A stretch of 64,000 bases of DNA from an uncultured Bradymonadales bacterium (GTDB taxonomy: Bacteria > Myxococcota_A > Bradymonadia > JAFGEP01): contig CAZDBH010000001.1 in the NCBI GenBank assembly GCA_964503485.1, positions 2,888 through 66,887 on the forward strand, written 5' to 3'. The notes below the pieces were generated by a model, which made no database searches, was not told where the DNA came from, and was given only the letters and a program-made list of their open reading frames with translations. Position numbers and translations under genes: made by a program. Within the stretch, counting starts at the first letter, position 1. Every line of letters starts with the position of its first letter. Shown here one piece after another: positions 30,292-40,174 of this stretch.

Positions 30292-31329
30292 TTAGCGAGC
30301 GCCCCTGCAGCGAATATCTTCGGGTGTGCAGTCGAATCGGACATGCATGTGATCGTGATGTCCGGACGCAAATCGAATAATGCCGCGATTGTTGCGGTGG
30401 CGGCGAGGTCCATACTGAAAGACCTCGGCCAGAAAGGCAGGATGCTCTCCGATCGACTCGGCATGCTCGTAGAGTCGAATCTGAAGCGGCCGTGAGATGA
30501 AGACATAAGTGATGTCGTGTTGCGTGATCAAAGTGCGAAGGAACGCCCATGTTCTGGCGGCATCGAGTTCCTGTGGCCGTGTACGGGAAAATTCGGGAGG
30601 CTCAGTGGTGTTCTCGAAGTAGGTCAGATCTACATCTCGGCCACTTTGATGACTGCGGTGAGGCCGAAAGGGGCCGCCAGTGATCTTGCTCATATCCGCA
30701 ATCATCATGCCCTGGCCGCCCGGATACTCCTCCTGAACCACTCGCAGCGCATGCACGAGACCATCAATCGTTTGAGTCGCAGCAAACGCGAGTCGTTCAT
30801 TGCGTACGACCCAGCCGGTTCCGCTGGGCATGAGCTCACCATTGACGAGGCGACCCTGATTTGGACGGTACTGCGAGCGCGCCGGCCGTTCCGGATCATA
30901 TTGCCAAACGACCAGTTCGGTTCCGTCTTCGGCCCGGGCAAGGTCGACTCCCGGGTTCAGCTCAGCGAGCTCCGAGGTTCGTAGGTGCCAACGTCTTCGA
31001 AGGCCGAACACCGAGTGCTCTTCACCGACGATCGAGGTGACAGCTGGGTGTCGGGGACGATCCAAGATTGCTAGATTCTGTGCGAATGCGTGGGCATGGG
31101 CCCCCGCAGAGCGGCCGAGATCCTGAATCTCCAATGCAGTAAGAACAGGCTCCCAATCGACCTCTGCGGCCGGTGCTTCCTGGAGCCCATTCGATTCCGA
31201 GATGGCGCCAACGACAGCTTGCGACGGTACTTCGTTCTGAACCACGCCACTTGACGCAGAGAGCACAACGCCGGCTAAAACCGCCGCACAAATCGCAATC
31301 GACAAGATATGTATGAGGCGAATCTTCAA
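30292..31329 (-). CDS. Penicillin-insensitive murein endopeptidase MepA-like (LAS/M74 metallopeptidase)
   Basis: RSHQSGRDVDLTY and GHHDHMHVRF match the MepA and LAS zinc-ligand motifs (H-x-SHQ-x-G-x-D-x-D...HxH). The start was moved to a TTG preceding the signal-anchor (IRLIHILSIAICAAVLAG); the upstream 110 aa of the track ORF look non-coding. Confidence 0.6.
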   Translation of the reverse strand: MKIRLIHILSIAICAAVLAGVVLSASSGVVQNEVPSQAVVGAISESNGLQEAPAAEVDWEPVLTALEIQDLGRSAGAHAHAFAQNLAILDRPRHPAVTSIVGEEHSVFGLRRRWHLRTSELAELNPGVDLARAEDGTELVVWQYDPERPARSQYRPNQGRLVNGELMPSGTGWVVRNERLAFAATQTIDGLVHALRVVQEEYPGGQGMMIADMSKITGGPFRPHRSHQSGRDVDLTYFENTTEPPEFSRTRPQELDAARTWAFLRTLITQHDITYVFISRPLQIRLYEHAESIGEHPAFLAEVFQYGPRRHRNNRGIIRFASGHHDHMHVRFDCTPEDIRCRGAR

Positions 31330-31637
31330 GAAGTAACACGCGCTATTTCGAAAACGGACGACTCCAACGGAGAAGGACCATAACAAAAGAAGGCACGCCC
31401 GTCGACTCCTTTTTGCCTGCAATATCAGCCGGTTGACGCTGACGCCTTTTGTTCTAGGGAGATTCGGCTCTCGCCGACTGCGATCAAAACGTCGGAAAGG
31501 GCCGAGAAATCGTATGGCGAACAGAGTCCTAAGTCGTGCGAATTGCAATGAAATCGAAGCCCAACTAGACTGTCCGCCGTCCGAAGCGGTTACCTGACCT
31601 TCACACCGCAAAAATTCATTTCGATTCGGAGGACTCC

Positions 31638-34358
31638 TTGCGACCAAGGTTCCCAATATGGGCCGTGTTGATCACGCTCGTAGCCTGCAACACCATCGAT
31701 CCCCCAGCCAACCCGGACGTATCGTTCGACGTCGTGCAAGAGGTGGGTTCGCGCGCCGATGGCCAAGACGCCCTCGAGGACGACGAAGATTCGGATGAGG
31801 ATCTCGAGGATGATTCGCAGGCCAGCGAGTGCACCGTCGAGCAATGCGAAATTGACGGTGAATGCTACGACAATGAAACAGCCAATCCGGACAATCCGTG
31901 CGAGGTCTGCCAGCTGCTGAGTGACCCTTTTTCATGGACTGCCGACGACAGCGCGAGCTGCGATGATGGCGACGCCTGCACAGTAGGTGACGCGTGCTTC
32001 GAGGGATCTTGTTCGGCGCTTGTGTTGACCTGTGAAGACGGCAACCCGTGTACAACAGACATTTGCGATGCCGACACGGGCGAGTGCACCAACGAACCCA
32101 CCTCAGGATCAAGCTGTGAGGACGGCAACCCATGCACGATCGGTGATACCTGCGTCGCCGGCACTTGCGAAGCCGGTTCGGGTGTTGCCCCTTGCAACGA
32201 TGGCAATGTGTGCACGGCTGATTCGTGCGACAGTCTCGAGGGCTGTGTCCACGAGCCATTGACCGATATCAGTTGCGACGACGGCAACCAGTGCACTGTC
32301 GGGGACTCCTGTCAGGCCGGGTTCTGTGTGGCAGGCGACGAAGAGATGGCCTGCGACGACGAGGATCTTTGCACCGTCGACGGATGCGATAGGCTACGCG
32401 GCTGCGTCTACACCTCGGTTGCACACCTTTGTGTCGACGAGAACCCCTGCACTGACGAAGCGTGCGACCCAGAAACAGGCTGCGTGTTCCCCTCGAATGA
32501 TGAGTTCTGCGATGACTCGAACGCCTGCACCGAAGGTGATCAGTGCACGGAAGGCGCCTGCCTCGGTTCCTCGGTCGACGTAACTGGGGACGTTTGCAAC
32601 GTGTTGAGCTGTGACCCGGATCTCGGGGTCTCGGTCCAGTACACAGACCTACCCTGTAGCGACTCGAACGCCTGTACCGTCGGCGACGTCTGCTCCTCGG
32701 GTGACTGCATCTCAGGTGCCGACGAGCCCGACTGCGACGACAAGAACATCTGTACCGACGACGACTGCGATCCTCAGGACGGCTGCACCCACGAAGACAA
32801 CACCGACGACTGCAACGACAACGATGCGTGCACCGAAGACGACATCTGTGGCGACGGGACCTGCGAAGGCCAGGAGATCGAATGTGACGACAACAATGCG
32901 TGTACCCGCAACGGATGTAACTCGTTCACAGGATGTGACTACGATTTGATCGTGAGCAGCACCTGCCGACCCCAGTTTACAGACATCTACCCCGCGCGGG
33001 CAGCCACGATTCAAGGCATTCGTCGAGCCATAACGGTGAGGGGCACGGTGCAAAGCGGGGCCGGCGACATCACGTCGTTGCTCTTGAACGGGGTCGAGCT
33101 AGCAGTTGCTGAGGATGGCAGCTTCTCCCACCAAATGACCCCTCTGGTGGGCGGAAACATCTTGGTCTTCGAAGCCACCGATTCGTGGGGCACGACCCGC
33201 AAACGGGTGCAGTCATTTCTCTGGTCACGTCAGTACCGCACGCCAACGGAGCCCAAGATCGGCATGGTGACCGAAGGCTTGGGGATCTTCCTCAGTGAGG
33301 ATGTCCTGGACGACGGCGAGAGGGAGTCACCACCGAATGACTTCGCGGGAATCTTCGAATTGGTGATGGCCTCAATCGACATGATGGACGCGATCAGCAA
33401 CCCAGTCGTCTCAACGTGGGCATACGACGTTCATATTCAGTCGATTAGCTACGAAGACCCGTCGGTGTATTTGGATCCCAACGATGGTCATTTGACGTTG
33501 ACCATTGTCATGGACAAACGAATCAACCCCGAGAGCAACGTTCGTTTTCGGGCCGGCCTGTATGTGGACACGCTGTGGGACGAATACGGATCGTTCACGG
33601 CCACCAGGGTGACGATCACGGCAAATGTGGTGCTGAGCGTCGATTCAAACCACAACATCGTCGCCACCGTCGCGGACGACGATATCAGTGTCGTCGTTAC
33701 CGGCGGGGACTTCAGTTTCGACGGTGTGATCGTCGACGCAATCGCCAGTCTCTTCAACAACTCGTTGGTCAGCACAATTGAGACTCAGTTCGAGTCGGCC
33801 ATCAAGAACCAAATCGAACCGATTCTAGAAGATGCGCTCGGCGGCCTCGCCTTCGATCAGGTTATTCCCTTTCCAAAACTGAGCGACCCCGACAGCAGTA
33901 TCGACGTGCGTTTGGTGACCGACTTCGAAGAGGTTGATGTAGCAGAGGCGGGTATCACCTTCATTGAGCGGGCCGGGGCCTACGCTGACGACGTCAACAG
34001 CTACGACAATCGCGGAGCAATGGGCCGGTCGGGTTGCGCGTTGGGCTCACAGACTTTGCCAATGCACGATGACGCTGTGCTGGAGCTGGCCTTGCCGGAC
34101 GATCTCTTGAACCAGTTGCTGTACTCGGCGTGGCAGGGGGGAATGCTCGAGTTCGATATTCCCCCCGAGATGTTGGGCGACATCGACTTGCCGGCCGGAG
34201 TCAGCGATCTCACCCTCGTGGCGAGCGGAATGCTCCAGCCAACTGCCGCCGACTGCAATCCGGACGGAGAACTACGCCTTCATCGGCGACCTGAGGGTAG
34301 ATGCCTCGATGCGAGTCATTGGCTCGCCGCTCGATGTCGTGATTTATGCGTCGTTTGA
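31638..34358 (+). CDS. Secreted lipoprotein with about 20 Myxococcus-type Cys-rich repeats (C-x-DGN-x-CT-x-D-x-C) plus approximately 550-aa C-terminal domain; frame continues in +1 (34270..34677)
   Basis: Lipobox LITLVAC, the acidic linker DEDSDEDLEDD, and repeats such as CEDGNPCTTDICDADTGEC and CDDGNQCTVGDSCQAGFC. The reading frame is apparently interrupted near 34262..34272 and the same protein continues in the +1 frame to 34677. Confidence 0.7.
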   Translation: MRPRFPIWAVLITLVACNTIDPPANPDVSFDVVQEVGSRADGQDALEDDEDSDEDLEDDSQASECTVEQCEIDGECYDNETANPDNPCEVCQLLSDPFSWTADDSASCDDGDACTVGDACFEGSCSALVLTCEDGNPCTTDICDADTGECTNEPTSGSSCEDGNPCTIGDTCVAGTCEAGSGVAPCNDGNVCTADSCDSLEGCVHEPLTDISCDDGNQCTVGDSCQAGFCVAGDEEMACDDEDLCTVDGCDRLRGCVYTSVAHLCVDENPCTDEACDPETGCVFPSNDEFCDDSNACTEGDQCTEGACLGSSVDVTGDVCNVLSCDPDLGVSVQYTDLPCSDSNACTVGDVCSSGDCISGADEPDCDDKNICTDDDCDPQDGCTHEDNTDDCNDNDACTEDDICGDGTCEGQEIECDDNNACTRNGCNSFTGCDYDLIVSSTCRPQFTDIYPARAATIQGIRRAITVRGTVQSGAGDITSLLLNGVELAVAEDGSFSHQMTPLVGGNILVFEATDSWGTTRKRVQSFLWSRQYRTPTEPKIGMVTEGLGIFLSEDVLDDGERESPPNDFAGIFELVMASIDMMDAISNPVVSTWAYDVHIQSISYEDPSVYLDPNDGHLTLTIVMDKRINPESNVRFRAGLYVDTLWDEYGSFTATRVTITANVVLSVDSNHNIVATVADDDISVVVTGGDFSFDGVIVDAIASLFNNSLVSTIETQFESAIKNQIEPILEDALGGLAFDQVIPFPKLSDPDSSIDVRLVTDFEEVDVAEAGITFIERAGAYADDVNSYDNRGAMGRSGCALGSQTLPMHDDAVLELALPDDLLNQLLYSAWQGGMLEFDIPPEMLGDIDLPAGVSDLTLVASGMLQPTAADCNPDGELRLHRRPEGRCLDASHWLAARCRDLCVV

Positions 34359-34677
34359 GGGCGGCCTCGAGCTCTCCGCAGGGGACGGCGAAGTCAACCT
34401 GTCGATGACCGACATCAGCCAACTCGAAACCGAGGTTACTGTTCAACAAGACTCGCTGGTCAGCCTCGAGTCGGAGTTCGAGGCACTGATCGCAGAGAGC
34501 CTGGTTCCCGCTCTGCTGGGCGCCCTTGGTGGAGACACACTTGGTGGATTCCCCCTACCTGAGATCGACTTGAGCGGAACAGTCGAAGGTGTCCCAGAAG
34601 GGACGGTAATCGCGATCGAGCCCGAGGACGTGTTCCGGGAAGCCGGAAACAGCTTCGTCCAGGGAGGTCTGCGTTGA
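34270..34677 (+). pseudogene. Downstream +1-frame continuation of the preceding Cys-repeat lipoprotein (apparent 1-nt deletion: frameshift or sequencing error)
   Basis: The frame-0 sequence ..AADCNPDGE reads naturally into the frame +1 sequence NYAFIGDLRVDASMRVIGSPLDVV.... A one-base insertion in ggagaac would restore a single 1013-aa ORF. Confidence 0.5.
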
Positions 34678-36644
34678 AAATACGACCCACCTTTCTGGTA
34701 ATGCTGACCATGTTGTTGTCCGCAGCCTGCCAATTCGACACTACGGAGCCGCCCCATCGAAGCGCGGTCCAAGTTGATTCGGGTTCCGGAGACCTCAATG
34801 ATCCCGATTTGTCGACGTTGCCAGACGAGGACGCAGACGATGTCTCGGCCGACAGCGAAGACCTGCAAGAGATGCTCTGCACCGAGGACGCTGATTGCGC
34901 CGACATGTTGGAGTGCACGTCCGAGAGCTGCAACACCGAGACTGGATTGTGCGAACGAGCTGTCGAGTCGGGAACGTGCTTGATCAACAACGTCTGCTAT
35001 GCGAGTGGTGATTCACACCCATCCGATCCCTGCTCTGCCTGCGATTCCAGCGAGCCAGGGACTTGGTCAGGTAAACAAGAGGGCGCCGCCTGCGATGACG
35101 GCAGCCTCTGCACGATTGGAACGACCTGCACCGAGGGGCTCTGCATCGGACTAGCAGTCGAGTGCGAGGACGCCAACGGCTGCACCAGCAACGAGTGTGA
35201 TCCGACCACAGGATGCATCTTCCCCCCCGCAAACGAAGGCGAGAGCTGTGATGATGGCAACGAGTGCACCCTGACCGATACCTGTCGAGAGGGACGTTGT
35301 TTTGGCACGACCCGAGACTGTGACGACGAGGACGTGTGCACCGACGATGCCTGCGATCCTGAGTCGGGATGCGTCAACGTCTTCAACACGGCGCCGTGTA
35401 GCGACGACGATGCCTGTACCGAGTTCGATGTCTGTTCCGAAGGGGTTTGCATTCCAGGTGACGAACCGAACTGCAACGATGGAAACATCTGTACCATCGA
35501 CGGCTGCGATGAGGTCGCCGGCTGCTTCCATCTCGTAAAGAACGACCCGTGCTGTGTTGGGAACACCTCGGTATGCGACGATGGCAACCCATGTACTGAC
35601 GACCTGTGCAACGATTCAGGCGGTTGCGATCGGGTAAACAACGACGCGGCCTGCGACGACCAAAACGCCTGCACAGAAGCGGATTCATGTGTCGAAGGGG
35701 CCTGCGGTGGCGCTGAACGAACCTGCGTAGACACCAACGAATGTACCGACGACACCTGCAACCCAGCGACAGGTTGCCTATTCATTCCCCTCAATGGCGA
35801 TAGCTACAGCTGCACTGACGGTTTCGACTGCACCGAAGACGACGTGTGTGTCGAAGGAAGCTGCCAAGGGGACGATTCCGCCTGTGTATGCGAGCCGGAA
35901 TTCCACGAACCGGCCGCGAAACTGACACTCCTGGCGATCGGAGCCGGTGGCCACCCGGGTGAAGCGCTCGATCTGGACGGTGACCCGACGACCTGCTCCC
36001 CCGAGACCGATTGCAGCGAAGGGCGCAACAACGCCCTCGGCATTCTGGCCGGCATCGTCAACCCACCCATGACGGAGAGTGTTCAAGATGGTTCGGTCAT
36101 GTTGGTCCTCGAATTCAGGGACTACGACCGCAATCCATTCGAACTGGCGGTCTACAGCGGTGAGCTGGACACGAGCAATGCGGACTGCGATCACCTTTCT
36201 GAACAATGTGACTATTGGGTGTCTGCAGACGGTATGGACCCCACCTGCGAGCCGGCGGTCAGCATGGCGGCAACTCGTTCGGGTGATCGGGTTTTCGCCG
36301 GTGGGCGTGGAACCGAGTTCCCGTTTGAAGTGCCTTTTGGAGAGTCGACCTTAACTCTTACGCTCTACGACGTCATCTTCGAGGGAACGGTCACCGAGAG
36401 CGACAGTGAGTTCGCGAGTATTAGCGGCATCCTGGCGGGTGCGGTAACGCGAGGCGAATTGTTGGCAGCGATCGAGGGGCTCGACGCCGACTCGCTGCCT
36501 TTCTCTCCCGACTCCATCGCTTCGCTGTTGAATACCGTAGTAGTCGACGACATCGACACCGATGGAACGGGCGAGCCCAACGCTGCATCGATCGCGATCA
36601 AGATGGAAGGAATCCCGGCCATAATCACCGGACTCGCCGAGTAA
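34674..36644 (+). CDS. Paralogous secreted lipoprotein with Myxococcus-type Cys-rich repeats and distinct C-terminal domain
   Basis: TTG start overlapping the previous stop (TTGA); lipobox LLSAAC; acidic linker DEDADDVSADSEDLQEM; repeats such as CDDGSLCTIGTTCTEGLC and CDDGNECTLTDTCREGRC. Confidence 0.7.
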   Translation: MKIRPTFLVMLTMLLSAACQFDTTEPPHRSAVQVDSGSGDLNDPDLSTLPDEDADDVSADSEDLQEMLCTEDADCADMLECTSESCNTETGLCERAVESGTCLINNVCYASGDSHPSDPCSACDSSEPGTWSGKQEGAACDDGSLCTIGTTCTEGLCIGLAVECEDANGCTSNECDPTTGCIFPPANEGESCDDGNECTLTDTCREGRCFGTTRDCDDEDVCTDDACDPESGCVNVFNTAPCSDDDACTEFDVCSEGVCIPGDEPNCNDGNICTIDGCDEVAGCFHLVKNDPCCVGNTSVCDDGNPCTDDLCNDSGGCDRVNNDAACDDQNACTEADSCVEGACGGAERTCVDTNECTDDTCNPATGCLFIPLNGDSYSCTDGFDCTEDDVCVEGSCQGDDSACVCEPEFHEPAAKLTLLAIGAGGHPGEALDLDGDPTTCSPETDCSEGRNNALGILAGIVNPPMTESVQDGSVMLVLEFRDYDRNPFELAVYSGELDTSNADCDHLSEQCDYWVSADGMDPTCEPAVSMAATRSGDRVFAGGRGTEFPFEVPFGESTLTLTLYDVIFEGTVTESDSEFASISGILAGAVTRGELLAAIEGLDADSLPFSPDSIASLLNTVVVDDIDTDGTGEPNAASIAIKMEGIPAIITGLAE

Positions 36645-36651
36645 GTCGCCG

Positions 36652-36669
36652 GGCTGTCTAGCGACAGCC
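36652..36669. terminator. Hairpin GGCTGTC-tagc-GACAGCC between convergent genes
   Basis: Perfect 7-bp stem seen directly; it overlaps the minus-gene stop codon and is a possible bidirectional terminator. Confidence 0.3.
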
Positions 36670-37659
36670 TTCGGATAGTTCGGCTCCGTGCTGGGTCGCC
36701 AACGCGCCAGTCTGCACCCGCAAGGACTCACACGTATCTTCCATCCCGGCCGCCGCCGCGACCTCACACGCCGATTGAAACGCGGTACCAGCATTATCAA
36801 TACCGGCTACGGCGGGAATGGTCCCCAACTCGTCACAACATGACTGCAGACGCAAGCATTCAGGGCCGACTTCGCCACCACGAGCAATGCGCATCGCCGT
36901 TACCTGTTCGATCAGTCTTCGCTGTGTCTCAGCGTTGTCCTCGAGTTGTCCGGCTAGGTTGTCCAGCGATCGCTCGAGACTGTGACTGTTTTCCTCGATC
37001 GCGTCCTCGAGATGTTCGGCTTGGACAATTGCAGCCTCAGAAATGCTGTCAGCTTGCTGGGTCACCTCCACAGCAAGCGCCAGAAGCTGAGGATCGACCG
37101 TTGTGCCGATTTGACCGGCCAGGGCTGGGATGTCGACCTGACCCTCTTCCAGCTGCCCCTCGAGCTGTCCAAGTACGGCGTTGAGCTCGCTGCCGCCTTG
37201 CTCGAGCCCTCGGGCGAGGTCCTGGAGCTGCTCCTGGTGCTCGATAAGCTCCTGCGCCAGCGCCGTGTTGAGCTCTGCAAGGTCGACTTGAGGGGCTCCA
37301 AGGGTCTGTTGGACCATCCTCTCCAGACTTTCACCTCGGGCCTGTTGCTGACCAGCAGCCAGCTCGAGGTTCTCGTCATCCTTTTCGTCTGTTTGTTCGA
37401 GCGCAACGGCAGCGGGTTGGACAGCCCGTTCCGGCGAATTCGCCGCGCTAGGCGGAAAATGGGTATTCGCCCCGGGTTCCTGATTTCGATGCCCTTCGCC
37501 CGAGTTGTCCTCGTTCGATTCGGTGTTGTTGGATTCCTCGGCCTCTTCTTCAGTCCCTTCAGCCTCGGAGCTTTCCTCCCCAGATTTGGAACAGGCGGCG
37601 CAAACTAGTAGCACTGAAAGTAGGACTATCCACAGTAATCGACTCATCGTTCTCTCCAT
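36658..37659 (-). CDS. Secreted coiled-coil lipoprotein with acidic N-terminal linker and Cys-containing C-terminus
   Basis: Lipobox LLVCAAC; the acidic linker SGEESSEAEGTEEEAEESNNTESNED; a long heptad-like Leu/Glu/Gln region; six Cys residues in the last 70 aa. Confidence 0.5.
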   Translation of the reverse strand: MERTMSRLLWIVLLSVLLVCAACSKSGEESSEAEGTEEEAEESNNTESNEDNSGEGHRNQEPGANTHFPPSAANSPERAVQPAAVALEQTDEKDDENLELAAGQQQARGESLERMVQQTLGAPQVDLAELNTALAQELIEHQEQLQDLARGLEQGGSELNAVLGQLEGQLEEGQVDIPALAGQIGTTVDPQLLALAVEVTQQADSISEAAIVQAEHLEDAIEENSHSLERSLDNLAGQLEDNAETQRRLIEQVTAMRIARGGEVGPECLRLQSCCDELGTIPAVAGIDNAGTAFQSACEVAAAAGMEDTCESLRVQTGALATQHGAELSEGCR

Positions 37660-38117
37660 TCGCCTCGGTTTTCAGGCGCGACTATACTGCGGGCTGCCAA
37701 AGGGAGCCAGCGAAAGTGGAAGTACCGGGGTGTGTGCTACCTGAAAGTCGATGCGCGGTGGTCCGCCGAGGCGCGGGGAGTCACCTTGAGCCGACGGACC
37801 ACCGTTAACTTGCTGCCTAGGGGGAGCAACAAGAACGCAGCGATGCCCGAGACCGATGGCCACGGGACGCCTGAGATTCATAGTTCAAATCGACGAGGGA
37901 CGCGGAGTTCGGTTACCAACCAAACTGAGTATTACATGCCAAACTTCCGGCGATCCTTCAAGCACCCATCTAGCCCAACTGGCGGGAACACGCTGTGCCC
38001 AATGGCTGAACGATCTGCCGCCAAGCGATCTCTGGTTCGATGAAGCCATTTTACGAATCAAATTCCGAGGGGTCCGGGTCAGGGGAGCGGAGTTCAGCAC
38101 AACTCGAGAGAAGATTC

Positions 38118-40034
38118 ATGGGAAGAAGCCGTCGTTCGTTGCTAAACAGCCTTGTCATACCGGTCACTCTACTCCTCGCCGCGGCCTGCTCGGGTGACTC
38201 GAGCGGATCTCACGACAATACAGACTCCGATACGTCGATTCAGCTCGATGGGGAGGCTGACACCACGCCGGATGCTGGCGTTCCGGATGAGGGTGAACCC
38301 GACGAAAGCGCACCGGACGCGAACAATCCCGACGAGGATGCTCCCGACGCGATAAACGACAACGGCGACGACATCGCTGAAGATGTCACACCGGACAGCT
38401 CTGAGCCCGACAGCGACCAGCGAGATTGGGACAGCACGGATACGGGCGAGCCGCTAGACAAGCCGACGATCGCGAACACCGTCCTCCACGATTGCGAAAC
38501 AATCTCGGAAGCGCGCACGAACTCCTCTGCGCGGTCGTGCGGCATTTCGTTGTCAGCATCCGAGGCTCAGGGTGGAAACTATACGACATCTCCGGTCATT
38601 GCGGGTGACTACGTGGTGATGGTGGGTCACTACAAGGTCGAGAGCTGCGATGGGTCCTGCCTTCATCACTCCCACATACACGGTCTCCACGTGGATACAC
38701 ACGAGCTCGTCGAACTCGTCGAAGGCGCCGGGCCTGCAGAAGGGACGCCCCAGATCCAGGGCAACTACCTCTATCACGCATCGACTGGCAGCGATGTGAT
38801 GAGGATATTCGACATCCGAACGTTCGAGGACGTCTCGGCCTTCGACTACGATAGCAGCGCAACGGGAATGGTGGGCGCGATCGAAACCGGAATGGACTCG
38901 TCTGGGGTATTGATCAACCACGGCGAGCCCCTCTTCTACTTTGGCACCTACAATACCCCCGCCGCTCGCTCCGGCAACTGCAACAACAACCGAGACTATC
39001 CGCCCAACAACGCGAACCCGTACTGTGGGTCTCTGTATGCTATCAACCAGCAAGGTGAAATCGTCCACAGCATGGATGTGACGGAGGACAACGGCTCCCT
39101 CCCCTTTCGGACCTGGGTGGGTGCAGGCGTAGCTAGTGACGGTGTCGGTCTCTTCGTTGGTGGTGCGCCCTCACACTGGGGCCCCAATAGCGGCATCAAT
39201 GGCGACTTGGATGGCGATGACGACCGGGATGTGACCGGTGCCTGTGCTGTCGTCAAAGTCGATCTCGATCTCGATACGATCCTGGCGGTCGACGATCCCG
39301 GCGTGGACGGCTGCAACCTGGCGCGAGAGCCCTACGAAGACGCCGTCTCGGGCGAGATCGTGCTCGATGATGTCAACGAGGCGCTCTGGGTTCAGTGGAG
39401 CGGGCCCGTCGAAATCGACGAGGACGGCAATGCCCAGACCTACGTTCGGCGCTACGACACCGATCTCAATGTGTTGTGCACCGCCAGATTCCAGTACACA
39501 CCACGTGGTGGTCAACGGGGCCCTCTGACGTGGGAGGACGTCAACTACTCGCCTGCCGGCTACTATATGGCACCGACCGGCGACGCCGACGGGACCGCAT
39601 ATGTCCTCTTCCAAAACATGGGCAACACGCCAATCGACACCACCATTTACTCGGTAACAGACACCGGTGGAGAGGATTGCGAGGTGCAGGAACTCATCAC
39701 GCGCCAAGGGCGCGCACTTCATAGTCCCACCCTGGTGAGCACCTCTGAAGGGGAGTACGTTCTCTTTGCGGTGGACAGTAAGCTGCTCTTCGTGGCTCGG
39801 GACTCAGGTTCGGTCGCGCTGGAGGTTCCTCTGGCGGGCGATGCGTCTGTCATGGGAACACCGACCCTCCACGAAGGGGAAATCTACGTTTTTGCGACCG
39901 ACGGCTCTATCAGTTGGATCGAAGATCCAATTGTGAATGGCCAGCCAGTCGACATGTATGGCGATCGTGGGCTCGCACCGTGGCCGCGCTATCGACGCAC
40001 AAACAGTGGAAACGCGTTGCTTCCTATTGAGTGA
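38118..40034 (+). CDS. Secreted lipoprotein with PQQ-like beta-propeller repeats and acidic Pro/Asp/Glu-rich linker
   Basis: Lipobox LLLAAACSG; the linker PDEGEPDESAPDANNPDEDAPD; and repeated Y-V-L-F-A-(V/T)-D-(G/S) blades (EYVLFAVDSKLLFVARDSG, EIYVFATDGSISWIED). Confidence 0.55.
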   Translation: MGRSRRSLLNSLVIPVTLLLAAACSGDSSGSHDNTDSDTSIQLDGEADTTPDAGVPDEGEPDESAPDANNPDEDAPDAINDNGDDIAEDVTPDSSEPDSDQRDWDSTDTGEPLDKPTIANTVLHDCETISEARTNSSARSCGISLSASEAQGGNYTTSPVIAGDYVVMVGHYKVESCDGSCLHHSHIHGLHVDTHELVELVEGAGPAEGTPQIQGNYLYHASTGSDVMRIFDIRTFEDVSAFDYDSSATGMVGAIETGMDSSGVLINHGEPLFYFGTYNTPAARSGNCNNNRDYPPNNANPYCGSLYAINQQGEIVHSMDVTEDNGSLPFRTWVGAGVASDGVGLFVGGAPSHWGPNSGINGDLDGDDDRDVTGACAVVKVDLDLDTILAVDDPGVDGCNLAREPYEDAVSGEIVLDDVNEALWVQWSGPVEIDEDGNAQTYVRRYDTDLNVLCTARFQYTPRGGQRGPLTWEDVNYSPAGYYMAPTGDADGTAYVLFQNMGNTPIDTTIYSVTDTGGEDCEVQELITRQGRALHSPTLVSTSEGEYVLFAVDSKLLFVARDSGSVALEVPLAGDASVMGTPTLHEGEIYVFATDGSISWIEDPIVNGQPVDMYGDRGLAPWPRYRRTNSGNALLPIE

Positions 40035-40174
40035 CCCCGCCAACCAATCGCTGCTGACCGGCCGCGGGCACATGATCTAACTCGGTTTCGACACAGTCGC
40101 CTGAAATTTTTGGGTTCGGCAACAAGATCGCCGATTTGTTTCATGAAGGTCATTCGGCAGTAGCGAGAAACAGC

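Noticed and set aside
30213-30506. 97-aa ORF overlapping the 3-prime end of the MepA-like gene
   Set aside because: It lies on the same strand in another frame as a recognisable gene, and it is Arg/Ser-rich with no start context.
40136-40174. ORF-track start of the TSP1 protein at 40136 (MFHEGHSAVARNS)
   Set aside because: The signal peptide begins at the internal Met (MISFSRTTVVRLLCALILPITSSC), so the upstream 13 codons are probably not translated.
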